Of a stretch of DNA of 64,000 nucleotides, positions 8,590 through 17,724 are shown piece after piece. A model generated the notes under the pieces. It saw nothing but the letters and a program-made list of their open reading frames with translations, was not told the origin of the DNA and did no database searches. Numbering within the stretch: the first letter of the stretch is position 1; each line of letters starts with the position of its first letter. A program made the translations under genes and the position numbers. The stretch is from an uncultured Ignavibacteria bacterium (GTDB lineage: Bacteria; Bacteroidota; Ignavibacteria; Kapaibacteriales; Kapaibacteriaceae): contig CALMZQ010000183.1 in the NCBI GenBank assembly GCA_937870915.1, positions 60,317-124,316 on the forward strand, given 5' to 3'.

Positions 8590-9609
8590 ATGAACTATCG
8601 TTTATTCGGTCGCAGTGCGATGCGCGTTTCAGAACTTTGCCTTGGAACCATGACCTTTGGAAACGATTGGGGGACAGGAAGTGATTATGAGACATCGAAG
8701 AAGGTATTTGATGCGTATGCGAATGCCGGCGGAAACTTCATCGACACTGCAAATCGCTATACGGAAGGTACAAGTGAGACGTACTTAGGAGACTTCCTAG
8801 CGGCAGATCGCGATCATTTTGTTGTTGCCACCAAATACACACTCTACACGCGAATGGGCGATCCGAACTTTGCCGGCAATCATAGAAAAAACATGGTGCG
8901 GGCCTTGGATGAGTCGCTCAAGCGGTTGAAAACAGATCATATCGATCTCTATTGGGTTCATGCTTGGGACGATACCATGCAGCCAGATGAACTCATGCGG
9001 AGTCTGGAGTACCTCGTTTCCAGTGGCAAGGTCCTCCATATCGGGATCAGCGATACACCGGCGTGGATTGTTTCCTGTTGCAACTCAATTGCTGAGCTTC
9101 GAGGATGGAGCCCCTTTGTTGGACTTCAACTGGAGTATTCCCTCGTTAATCGCGATGCAGAACGAGAACTCCTCCCCATGGCACAGGCTTTCGGACTAAC
9201 GGTTACGCCGTGGTCCCCTCTTGGTGCCGGTGTTCTCTCCGGAAAATACCTTCAATCAAAAGCAATTGAGGGGGCTCGTCTAAAACCGGAAAGTGTTCGA
9301 TTAACCGATCGAAACTTGTCGATCGCACAGGCTGTAGCAGACATCGCACTCGAGATCGGTGTGAGCTCAGCACAGGTTGCTTTGGCGTTTCTGCGTCAAC
9401 ACCATCCCGGTGTAATCCCAATCGTGGGTGCAAGAACGGAGCACCAACTCGTGGATAATCTTGGTTGTGTTCAGGTGGTTTTATCGGCCGATCAACTGCA
9501 GAGGTTGCGAGCTGTTAGTTCGGTGGTCTTGGGATGGCCGCACGACTTCTTAGCCGGTGAGAACATTCAGAATCTCATGTTTGGCGGCACAAGGTCAAAA
9601 ATCAGATAA
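8590..9609 (+). CDS. Aldo/keto reductase family oxidoreductase
   Basis: 339 aa. MNYRLFGRSAMRVSELCLGTMTFG…FIDTANRY…Y is typical of the AKR (Tas/YajO-like) N-terminus and active-site region. Confidence 0.9.
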   Translation: MNYRLFGRSAMRVSELCLGTMTFGNDWGTGSDYETSKKVFDAYANAGGNFIDTANRYTEGTSETYLGDFLAADRDHFVVATKYTLYTRMGDPNFAGNHRKNMVRALDESLKRLKTDHIDLYWVHAWDDTMQPDELMRSLEYLVSSGKVLHIGISDTPAWIVSCCNSIAELRGWSPFVGLQLEYSLVNRDAERELLPMAQAFGLTVTPWSPLGAGVLSGKYLQSKAIEGARLKPESVRLTDRNLSIAQAVADIALEIGVSSAQVALAFLRQHHPGVIPIVGARTEHQLVDNLGCVQVVLSADQLQRLRAVSSVVLGWPHDFLAGENIQNLMFGGTRSKIR

Positions 9610-9620
9610 CTCCAGCGCTG

Positions 9621-11579
9621 TCAATTGACATCAGAACTCACCCAGAACGTTGTCATAAGCCCCTTGCCTCGGATGTTAAGGGGCTCTCTTTTTTCTAGAA
9701 CAAACTCGTTTGTAGAGGCCAACCTACGAGCAACGCTTTCGGTTACAAGTATCCGTCCGGGTTGTGAGTTTTCTTCCATACGTGCAGCAACATTCACGGT
9801 GTCTCCCCATACATCATATGAAAGTCGTGAACCACCCATGACGCCGGCTATCACCGGACCTGCATTGATCCCAATCCGGAGATTGTGGGATTCAATTGGG
9901 AGAATGGACTTCCCGGACATGATCTCAAGTGCTGCTCGGGTCATTTGTTCCGTGTGATCTTCCGTCTCATTTGTGGCACCACTAATGGCCATATACGAAT
10001 CACCAATGGTCTTAATACGTTCGCAGCCATACCTTGAGAATACGTTATCAAGTGCTGTAAAGAGCGTCTCTAACCAATGAACGAGATCTTCAGGGCTGCG
10101 TGAGGTGGATATCTCTGAAAATCCAACAACATCAGCAAAGAGGATGGTCACGCTAGACAATCTGTCAGCGATTCTCGGTTCTCCGGACATGAGCCTGTCA
10201 ACAATATGTTGGGGTACTACTGCATGAAGAATTTTCGTCCTTTCTTCGTCCCTCTGCCTGATCGTCTCGCGTTCAAGTTCAAGTCGAGAACGAAATGATG
10301 TCAACTCCTTGGCTCGTTCGATCTCGCTATCATAGACCGACTTCTGAATCTCTGAGATGCTATCCTGAACTTTCACAGCCTCTTCAAATCGTCCGGCCGC
10401 TGCTAGCCAATCAACAAGAATGCCTCCAATGCGAATGGCGGATCTATTGTTCTCAATCTCTAAATATCTTTCAAATGCTTTGAAAAGGGGCTCAATTGCC
10501 CCATCAACGTTGCCTTCAGCAAACTCAACGGAAGCCAGATTGGCCATTGCATCGGTATGAAGTTCCTCATACTGCGTGTGCAGAGTTTGGTCGAGGGCCT
10601 GGCGTAAACACACCTTTGCATTGTTGAAGTCTTCTTTCATTCGATACACTTCAGCAGATCCAATGAGGGAATTGATCTTATGCTCAACCTCCGATTCGAA
10701 TTCGGCTAGCTTTAGTGCCTCATGAAATGCATCTAGTGAGTCATCAAGGAGTTGTAAATGCTTGAGTGTATTTGCCCTATGTAAGTGGACCGAGAGTAAT
10801 GAGTGCTTCCTATGAGTCAAGCTGAGGACTGACTGTAACTCATCATACACTTCTAGTGCATCGTTGTATTTTCCAACATTCTGCAAAAGTGATGCGAGGC
10901 TCATTCTGGAACCAATGAGTTGGTCGCTGCACAAGGGCACGTTTAGACCTCTCAAACGCAGCTGCTCATGAATTGCGATGGACTTCTCGATATCGCCCAT
11001 CTCAGCGTTAACACGGGCCATTTCTGCCAATGTTAATACTTGCATGTAATCATCTTCGACCCGAATGGCTGCTTCGTTTGCGAACGTTAATGATGCCATC
11101 GATTCCGGATAGAGTTGAAGGGCTGCCTGAGTAACTCCAATTTGATACCGTAGTGCTAAAGCTTCTTGTGGGTGCAAACTTTGACCTTGAGTACCAGTAA
11201 GGAGGTCATCCATCTTGCTCAGGGCTTCTTCATGGCGAGCCTGGCTATTCAATACTCGAGAAAGAAGGATTGTCGCAAGAGTGATGGTTTGTGTCTGTTC
11301 GTCTGAACGACCATCGTTAATCATGGACTTCAGAATCCGCTCTGCGTGTTCATGGTCACCGCGAATGTGGGCTCCAAATGCAACACTTAAGGACTCCATT
11401 GTAGTACTACGTCGGAGACTACGTGTCCTCTCGATTACTTCACCTGGTTCCCACACTTCGCCCTCAAAGGAGAATAGGATACTATTCAGTAAGGCTGAGA
11501 AGTGTTCATCTTCGATCATGGTCTGCGGCCTATTCTGCTCTACACTGCAAGATTTCCAGTTTTTGTCTGGTGAGTGCAA
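9621..11579 (-). CDS. TPR-repeat class III adenylate/guanylate cyclase (paralog 1)
   Basis: C-terminal CHD catalytic domain (FADVVGFS…RIKTIGDSYMA…RIGINAGPVIAGVMG…YDVWGDTVNVAARME). N-terminal ~450 aa helical TPR-like repeats. The true start may be the internal MIEDEHF (~11519). Confidence 0.85.
   Translation of the reverse strand: MHSPDKNWKSCSVEQNRPQTMIEDEHFSALLNSILFSFEGEVWEPGEVIERTRSLRRSTTMESLSVAFGAHIRGDHEHAERILKSMINDGRSDEQTQTITLATILLSRVLNSQARHEEALSKMDDLLTGTQGQSLHPQEALALRYQIGVTQAALQLYPESMASLTFANEAAIRVEDDYMQVLTLAEMARVNAEMGDIEKSIAIHEQLRLRGLNVPLCSDQLIGSRMSLASLLQNVGKYNDALEVYDELQSVLSLTHRKHSLLSVHLHRANTLKHLQLLDDSLDAFHEALKLAEFESEVEHKINSLIGSAEVYRMKEDFNNAKVCLRQALDQTLHTQYEELHTDAMANLASVEFAEGNVDGAIEPLFKAFERYLEIENNRSAIRIGGILVDWLAAAGRFEEAVKVQDSISEIQKSVYDSEIERAKELTSFRSRLELERETIRQRDEERTKILHAVVPQHIVDRLMSGEPRIADRLSSVTILFADVVGFSEISTSRSPEDLVHWLETLFTALDNVFSRYGCERIKTIGDSYMAISGATNETEDHTEQMTRAALEIMSGKSILPIESHNLRIGINAGPVIAGVMGGSRLSYDVWGDTVNVAARMEENSQPGRILVTESVARRLASTNEFVLEKREPLNIRGKGLMTTFWVSSDVN
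9658..9696 (+). terminator. Rho-independent-terminator-like hairpin plus T-tract downstream of the aldo/keto reductase, embedded in the 3' end of the convergent adenylate cyclase CDS
   Basis: AGCCCCTT-(12 nt loop)-AAGGGGCT followed by CTCTTTTTTCT on the plus strand. On the minus strand the same bases encode …EPLNIRGKGL… of cyclase 1. Confidence 0.5.
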
Positions 11580-11636
11580 TATTACGTAAGTTCATACACG
11601 GGGGTTTTGCTCTTTTCCATTTCCAGGGGTTATAGA

Positions 11637-12125
11637 ATGAGTCAGTCATTTGCGCACCGCCTTGTCCTATTTGGCATGGCAGGGATATTTCTGCTAACAG
11701 CGATTGGGTGTGCCGAAAAGAAAGTTGATCAGCCAGCGCCGGCCGTCGCGGAAAAAACAAAAACGTCAGCGGATGCTGTTGGTCCTAATGGAAGTGGATC
11801 TGTTTGGCTAACACCACAACAGGCATCTTCGCCCTTGCAGACTATTACGTACACGTATCCAACGAACGTACCACCGATATTGAGAAAGATTGACCTTTCT
11901 AAGTATCAAGTGCAGTTTCTACCGCTGTATCCGGCAACTATTGCATCTGGATCCACAGGTGATACATTGAGAGCTCAGACGCCGGTTCTCATCATGAACG
12001 TTGTTCGCTTTGACACCACAGGGGTACCAATCAACAACTTTGTGGGTTGCGGAATTGCCGATCAAAAAGTGGTGTTGATCACAGGAATGTTTACCCCTGC
12101 GATTCCACCTCATGTACGCAAGTAG
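11637..12125 (+). CDS. Putative lipoprotein, unknown function
   Basis: Start taken at MSQSFAHRLVLFGMAGIFLLTAIGC (signal peptide plus lipobox-like AIGC). Its 3' end overlaps the 3' end of the convergent cyclase 2 by 35 bp. No recognisable domain. Confidence 0.4.
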   Translation: MSQSFAHRLVLFGMAGIFLLTAIGCAEKKVDQPAPAVAEKTKTSADAVGPNGSGSVWLTPQQASSPLQTITYTYPTNVPPILRKIDLSKYQVQFLPLYPATIASGSTGDTLRAQTPVLIMNVVRFDTTGVPINNFVGCGIADQKVVLITGMFTPAIPPHVRK

Positions 12126-14022
12126 ATGTAAGCCAATACGTATCGATGAGCCCCTTGCCTTTAATGTCAAGGGGCTTTGTTTTTTCAAAGGAAGCAATGT
12201 TGTTGGCCTGCAGAACCTCAAACACCTGTTGCGAGCAAAGGATTCTGCCGGGCGCAGAATGAGCCTCCATTCTAGCTGCCAGGTTGACGGTATCCCCCCA
12301 TAGATCATACGAAAGTCGGGTACCGGACATGACGCCCGCAATAACGGGACCTGTATGTATTCCGATCCGTAACTGAGAACGATCCAGAGGCAACTTTCCA
12401 TTGCTCTTGACAATTGCTAATGCAGCATGGCACATCCTAGCAACGTGATCCGGATATGACGGTGAGACTCCGCAGATGGCCATGTAGGAATCACCTATAG
12501 TTTTGAGTCTTTCACATCCGTGTGCAAGGCAAACATCATCAAGTGCAGAGAATAACCGTTCAAGGAGCTGAACCAAGTCATGTGGCTCCATCGTTGATGC
12601 CATATTGGTGAAGCCAACAATGTCCGCAAACATTATCGTTACCTCAGGTATCTCATCGGCGATGTATTTCTCACCGCGCATGAGTCTCTCAGCGATATGT
12701 GGCGGAAGAACAGCGTTGAGAATACGATTGCGCTCTTGATCCCGAGTGCGAATTGACTCATGTTCGTGATCTAGGCGTGAACGCACAGATGTAAGCTCTA
12801 CTGTCCTCTCAACTTCATTTGCATACATCGTGCTTCGGATCTGTGCACACACCGTATGGTATCTGTATGCTCTTTCATAAAGGGATTCCTCTGTACACCA
12901 TGTTATGAGCATATGTCCATATTCAAGTGCATTCAGGAAATGTGCATTGTGAACCATCCAGTCAAAGTCAGTCTCAAGACGGTCAATACCAGTACTTCTG
13001 TGTCCTTCTGCAAATTCAATACCGGCCATACTCGCGCTTGCTTGATGGCGCAATGCGTCACGATCCAGTATCTCAGCAAGTTCTATTGCACGTTCTGCGT
13101 TCTCTCGGGCACTTCGAAGATCATGTTGTTTGTGATTGAGGTCGACCAATCCTAGATGGGCACGTAATTGAAACTCAACATTCGCCGATTCTCTCGCAAC
13201 ATCGAGGACGATCAAATATTCATTCATTGAATCTTCGAAGCGGTTTAGTTGCTTCAACGAAATGGCCATGTTTAATCGTACGGGTAGATTGTATCTCGGC
13301 TCTTGAACAACAGCCTTGTACGTGAGGAGTTGTTTGTATTCTGCCAACGCCTCATCATCACGCCGCAGATGCGGATACGCACTTGCAATATTGAAGCGAA
13401 TCATGATGCAGAAGAGATCGTTTTGAGGATCACCTGAGAGTACACTGAGCGATGCCTCGTACATCATGATGGCCTTCGCATAATCGCCAGTTTCCAGGAC
13501 AACTGCAGCAATGTCCACTTGTATTAGGGCCCTGACTGATTGCAGTCCCTCTTCAGAAGCAAGTGCCTCTGCATTTCTTAGACATACAATGGCTTCGTTG
13601 AAACGTCTGATCGCAACGAGCACATTCCCTTTGCACCACATTAATGCCATGTGTTCTATGGTGGTCACATCTTGATATTCCGTGATCACCGCATCGAGCA
13701 TCTCTAATCCGTCTTGATATCGAAGGAGCCGAAAACGAGCCTTATATAGGATTATCGCAGCTAGTACTCGATGTGGCGAACGCGATCGTTCTGGTGCTCC
13801 ATTGAAGAAGCGCTTGATGAGTATCTCGCATTCATCGTTCTGCTGTTTCCAATACTGGTACGAACATTGAACGAGAACTTCTAACTCCGTATCATCGGAC
13901 CAATCGGTAATTCCAGATGCAAGACGATGGATCTCTTCTTGTACTGACTGTTGTCCGCAGAAGAATGCTCGCTCAAGGAGATCTTTAATCTTCTTTTTCA
14001 TAACCGGCGCATCTGATTTCAT
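12091..14022 (-). CDS. TPR-repeat class III adenylate/guanylate cyclase (paralog 2)
   Basis: 643 aa. C-terminal CHD domain (FADIVGFT…RLKTIGDSYMA…RIGIHTGPVIAGVMS…YDLWGDTVNLAARME). It aligns by eye with paralog 1 across the linker and catalytic domain. Confidence 0.85.
   Translation of the reverse strand: MKSDAPVMKKKIKDLLERAFFCGQQSVQEEIHRLASGITDWSDDTELEVLVQCSYQYWKQQNDECEILIKRFFNGAPERSRSPHRVLAAIILYKARFRLLRYQDGLEMLDAVITEYQDVTTIEHMALMWCKGNVLVAIRRFNEAIVCLRNAEALASEEGLQSVRALIQVDIAAVVLETGDYAKAIMMYEASLSVLSGDPQNDLFCIMIRFNIASAYPHLRRDDEALAEYKQLLTYKAVVQEPRYNLPVRLNMAISLKQLNRFEDSMNEYLIVLDVARESANVEFQLRAHLGLVDLNHKQHDLRSARENAERAIELAEILDRDALRHQASASMAGIEFAEGHRSTGIDRLETDFDWMVHNAHFLNALEYGHMLITWCTEESLYERAYRYHTVCAQIRSTMYANEVERTVELTSVRSRLDHEHESIRTRDQERNRILNAVLPPHIAERLMRGEKYIADEIPEVTIMFADIVGFTNMASTMEPHDLVQLLERLFSALDDVCLAHGCERLKTIGDSYMAICGVSPSYPDHVARMCHAALAIVKSNGKLPLDRSQLRIGIHTGPVIAGVMSGTRLSYDLWGDTVNLAARMEAHSAPGRILCSQQVFEVLQANNIASFEKTKPLDIKGKGLIDTYWLTSTCVHEVESQG
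12146..12190 (+). terminator. Rho-independent-terminator-like hairpin plus T-tract downstream of the lipoprotein gene, embedded in the last codons of adenylate cyclase 2
   Basis: AGCCCCTTG-(loop)-CAAGGGGCT followed by TTGTTTTTT. Minus-strand translation of the same bases is …KPLDIKGKGL…. Confidence 0.5.
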
Positions 14023-14065
14023 AACGTCAAAGTTATCGAACTCCTCTTCAATTGCAGTCGAAACA

Positions 14066-14344
14066 CTACCACACCACCATCCCCCATCCTACGGCTCCTA
14101 TCAGGGCAACTGCATCGTGAACGCGAGAGATTCGCGGACGAGTGAAAGGAAGAACCATGAGCGCTGTTGCAGGTATGATATGTGCTACCGTTGGATGTAG
14201 CACAACTGCCACAGCCCCTGTGATACATGTGGCGGCGAAGGCAGCGTGATGCCATTTACCGAAACTAGAACCTTTTATCCGAGCACTGAAGCCCAACAAC
14301 ATCGTTGCGAGATACGTGAGTGAAGCGATGATGTCCGCATTCAC
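14066..14344 (-). CDS. Small hydrophobic protein, unknown function
   Basis: 92 aa, mostly hydrophobic. Its start overlaps the stop of the upstream ORF (ATGA), suggesting translational coupling. Confidence 0.35.
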   Translation of the reverse strand: MNADIIASLTYLATMLLGFSARIKGSSFGKWHHAAFAATCITGAVAVVLHPTVAHIIPATALMVLPFTRPRISRVHDAVALIGAVGWGMVVW

Positions 14345-14847
14345 TTCGTTAGAGCCTCGCGATCGAGGGTATCTCGAAAGAACGCCGGATGTTCTGCGAT
14401 GCGAGCTTCAAACATCCGAAATCGCTGATAGTTGATCGAATCAGATCTGCGAATATGTGACCGTGGTACCGGGACGTTCCTCCACATTCTCTCAACAACG
14501 TCTCGAATCCAACGATACTCGTCTATCGAAATCGTGTAGCGATTCAATAAGTCTGCGAACGACGTCCTGACCTCGAGTTTCCCGGCTTGGTTGCCATGCA
14601 GCGAATCGAGAGTTTCCACCACGTCCACGAACAAGCTAAGTTGTCCTGGGTGAATGACACTGTCCTTGGGTGGTACGAAGGATGACCGATCTACGATCAA
14701 TCCCATGAGTCCAGGGCCGCTGACACGGGAGAGTCCCAATGACATATCAGCCTCTAGGAGGAAAACGCGGGCAACAAGAATGAGGTACAGCAACGAGAGA
14801 ACCACAAGGGTCACGAAGAACCAACGACGTGACCGCTTGCGTGTCAT
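14341..14847 (-). CDS. Membrane-anchored protein, unknown function
   Basis: 168 aa. N-terminal RRWFFVTLVVLSLLYLILVARVFLL anchor. Immediately downstream of ftsY (1-bp gap). Confidence 0.45.
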   Translation of the reverse strand: MTRKRSRRWFFVTLVVLSLLYLILVARVFLLEADMSLGLSRVSGPGLMGLIVDRSSFVPPKDSVIHPGQLSLFVDVVETLDSLHGNQAGKLEVRTSFADLLNRYTISIDEYRWIRDVVERMWRNVPVPRSHIRRSDSINYQRFRMFEARIAEHPAFFRDTLDREALTK

Positions 14848-14848
14848 C

Positions 14849-15856
14849 TTAAACCTTTTGCTCGTCTACAGGTGAACGTTCTTCGAATAGCGCTTCAACA
14901 AATGCCGCTGCATCGAATACCTGAAGGTCATCGATTCGTTCGCCAACGCCAATGTACCGTACAGGTATCTGCATCGCGTCGGCAATAGCAAGAACGGCCC
15001 CACCCTTGGCTGTTCCGTCCAGCTTGGTGAGAATGATCCCTGTTATAGGAGCAACCTTTGTGAACTCCTTTGCCTGTTGGAGCGCATTCTGACCGGTTGT
15101 TGCATCGAGGGCTAAGAAGATGTCGTGCGGTGCATCGGGTTGGATCTTCTTCATCACACGACCGATCTTCTCGAGCTCCTGCATCAGACCTTGCTTGTTA
15201 TGAAGTCTACCTGCCGTATCGATAATCACAACATCCGTTCCTCTGGCCTTGGCAGCATTCAGAGTGTCAAAGGCAACAGCTGCGGGGTCGGCTCCATGCT
15301 TTTGCTGGATGATGTCTACGCCTGCACGAGTTGCCCAGACCTCGAGTTGCTCGTTGGCAGCGGCTCGAAACGTATCGGCAGCACCGATGAGTACGCTGCG
15401 GCCTGCCTTTTTGTAATTGTGCGCCATCTTGCCGATTGTAGTGGTCTTCCCTACTCCATTAACACCAATTAGCATGATCACATGGGGCTTTCTGGACTCA
15501 TCGATCGTAAAGGAGGCATCGGCTTGCGCAGATGGCGACTGTGCGATAAGGCCTGCAATCTCTTCCTTGAGTACATCAAGGATCAGTTCAGCATCTTGAA
15601 GATTGTCTGCCCGAACGCGATCCTTTAAGCGGGCAATGATCTTGTCGGTGGTTGTAACACCTACATCTGACGTGATCAGGATCTCCTCGATCTCTGATAA
15701 CAGCTGGGCGTCGATCTTGCGTCCTGCAAACAGGACAGCTCTAAGCCGGCCGACAAAGGAATCACGGGTTTTGGTTAACCCTTCCTTCAGTCGGTCAAAT
15801 GACAGCGCTTCGGTGACGCCGGTGATTTTTTGTTTGATCTTATCGAAGAAGCCCAT
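14849..15856 (-). CDS. ftsY: Signal recognition particle receptor FtsY
   Basis: 335 aa. SRP-GTPase motifs MLIGVNGVGKTTTIGK, DTAGR, TKLDGTAKGG. Confidence 0.92.
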   Translation of the reverse strand: MGFFDKIKQKITGVTEALSFDRLKEGLTKTRDSFVGRLRAVLFAGRKIDAQLLSEIEEILITSDVGVTTTDKIIARLKDRVRADNLQDAELILDVLKEEIAGLIAQSPSAQADASFTIDESRKPHVIMLIGVNGVGKTTTIGKMAHNYKKAGRSVLIGAADTFRAAANEQLEVWATRAGVDIIQQKHGADPAAVAFDTLNAAKARGTDVVIIDTAGRLHNKQGLMQELEKIGRVMKKIQPDAPHDIFLALDATTGQNALQQAKEFTKVAPITGIILTKLDGTAKGGAVLAIADAMQIPVRYIGVGERIDDLQVFDAAAFVEALFEERSPVDEQKV

Positions 15857-16376
15857 GAAGTCTCTTACCGTAATGCCACAAAGATAATGCCATTAACCCA
15901 CAGGACAGGCCAATGAGCCAATTCAACACGATTCCGTTCGTAAGCATGGCAACAACACCGGTGAGTGCAATGGCACTAACGGCAAGTTTCCCGCTCATAA
16001 GTGACGGAAGAACAACGTCGGTTCGCCTGCGAGCATAGATAGCGGCTACCACAATGATGAGGTCTCGAGCCACCACGGCAATGACGAACCAGGCAGGCAG
16101 GAGCCCCTTTACCAGCATCATCACCACCACGGCTCCAACCAAAACCTTATCAGCAACGGGATCGATCACCTTGCCCCACTCACTTACGGTATTGGTCTTT
16201 CTGGCCACATATCCGTCGAGCCAGTCCGTAAATGCGCCAAACCAACACAGCGCAAAAGCAGCTATGTAGTGTTCATAGAGAAGCGTGTAGACCACTGGTC
16301 CCGTTAAAACAAGTCGTACAAGTGAGATCGCATTAGATGCGGTCAAGAATGTAGTACTAGATGGTTTGAGGCGCAC
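15840..16376 (-). CDS. CDP-alcohol phosphatidyltransferase family protein (PgsA-like)
   Basis: Motif DWLDGYVARK…G…DPVADK (D-G-x2-A-R…G-x3-D-x3-D). The track ORF starts at a TTG at 16424, overlapping the symporter by 68 bp. An internal GTG (~16376) is a more likely start; the start is uncertain. Confidence 0.7.
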   Translation of the reverse strand: MRLKPSSTTFLTASNAISLVRLVLTGPVVYTLLYEHYIAAFALCWFGAFTDWLDGYVARKTNTVSEWGKVIDPVADKVLVGAVVVMMLVKGLLPAWFVIAVVARDLIIVVAAIYARRRTDVVLPSLMSGKLAVSAIALTGVVAMLTNGIVLNWLIGLSCGLMALSLWHYGKRLHGLLR

Positions 16377-17724
16377 GTTGTAAGCTACGAAGGGCGATGA
16401 GGATGATTGATGCGCCAAGGCCAAGGATCATCGGCTCGCCCAATGAAAACAGAAGTGATGACCCGCTAATGATGGCCGGTATGACGATGATCGGCACGAT
16501 GGCGTGTGCAAGGTGTTTGGACTGTCTTGTGAAACTGATGAGAAGGGGCAGGAGAAGGGCCGGAACAACGATTGAAGCGGCATTATACATCAGATCGATG
16601 ATGCTTGGCAGCAACCATGCAGCAAATAGGCCTAGGCTGCCTGTGATAAGAAGTCCGATCCGGAGAGATGCAACCCGTGGTGGTGAACCACGCATTGCGT
16701 CGACGAGGTCGTGACCAATTGTGGTAGCGCTCACAAGAGCATATCCGTCAAGGGTGGACATCACAGCGGCAATCACTCCGGCAACAAAGAGCCCCTTCCA
16801 TACTGATGGCAGGACAGACTGTGCTAGGGCAACATACGTGTCTGTGGGAGCCACGCCGGTGAGGTAAGCAACGGCATAGAGTCCGGCGATGAGCTGAAGG
16901 GCATCGAACACCATCCACATCCCTACGCTTATGATAATGCCACGTCTGGCAGTTGCTACATCGCGGGAGGCAGCCGCTCGAACATGAAAATTCGGGTCAA
17001 CGAAAGTCTGCATGGCTACGAGAAACCAGCTTACAACAGGAGTCCAGCCAAGGCTTCCGGGCAAGGTACTGTGTGTATCAGGCAATCGCGAGATCATTGC
17101 GGAGGGAGATCCATAGACCAACATACAGCCCATGACAAGGGCTATGAATCCGGCATACATGATGATGAATTGGACAACATTCGCAAAAACATCGCTCCGC
17201 AGTCCACCTTTGGCAACGTAGACCATAGAGACCACAGAGCCTACAACGATAGATAACAGAAGGGGCCAACCCGTGATCGACTGGACGATCACACCGAGCA
17301 TCAGTTGATAGGATGCAGGAATAGTAATGATGAGCATAACAATGGCCGCTATGGTTCGAGCGCGAGATCCATAGGCAATGCCAAGTTGATCCGGAATGGA
17401 TACAGCCTTCGATGCCCTCACACGTTGAGCCAGCCAAAGTGCGTACACCACAGCCACGAGGTAATACGGCACCCCAAAACACAGGATAAAAGTGATCCCG
17501 TATCGCATGATAAACTCACCGGAACCAAGCACGGCACCGTACCATGTTGCTACAAGGGAGGCAACAAAGAATGGCAGGGTAAGAGATCTTCCTGCAAGAA
17601 CGTAGTCTGCTCCGCTTCCTCCAGTCCCTTGTCGGATGCCTTTCATCCCGGCTATAAGGACAGCGGCAAGACTTCCGATGATGACAAAGACGTCAAAAAC
17701 GTCGAGTTGCAATATCTCCCTCAT
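16357..17724 (-). CDS. Sodium:solute symporter family transporter
   Basis: 455 aa polytopic membrane protein. SSF-like N-terminus (…DYVLAGRSLTLPFFVASLVATWYGA…). Confidence 0.8.
   Translation of the reverse strand: MREILQLDVFDVFVIIGSLAAVLIAGMKGIRQGTGGSGADYVLAGRSLTLPFFVASLVATWYGAVLGSGEFIMRYGITFILCFGVPYYLVAVVYALWLAQRVRASKAVSIPDQLGIAYGSRARTIAAIVMLIITIPASYQLMLGVIVQSITGWPLLLSIVVGSVVSMVYVAKGGLRSDVFANVVQFIIMYAGFIALVMGCMLVYGSPSAMISRLPDTHSTLPGSLGWTPVVSWFLVAMQTFVDPNFHVRAAASRDVATARRGIIISVGMWMVFDALQLIAGLYAVAYLTGVAPTDTYVALAQSVLPSVWKGLFVAGVIAAVMSTLDGYALVSATTIGHDLVDAMRGSPPRVASLRIGLLITGSLGLFAAWLLPSIIDLMYNAASIVVPALLLPLLISFTRQSKHLAHAIVPIIVIPAIISGSSLLFSLGEPMILGLGASIILIALRSLQRAPQTI

Noticed and set aside
12146-12190. 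The hairpin as terminator of adenylate cyclase 2 itself
   Set aside because: It lies inside the cyclase coding sequence (codons for KPLDIKGKGL). Its T-tract is on the plus strand, so it can only serve the convergent plus-strand gene, not the cyclase.
12856-13155. Plus-strand ORFs of 70-99 aa inside the adenylate cyclase 2 gene, and similar antisense ORFs inside the giant genes (for example 31358-31687, 32037-32495, 33015-33461) and inside the TonB-dependent receptor (51496-52140)
   Set aside because: They lie entirely within long, motif-supported genes on the opposite strand and have no recognisable features. They are treated as chance antisense ORFs.
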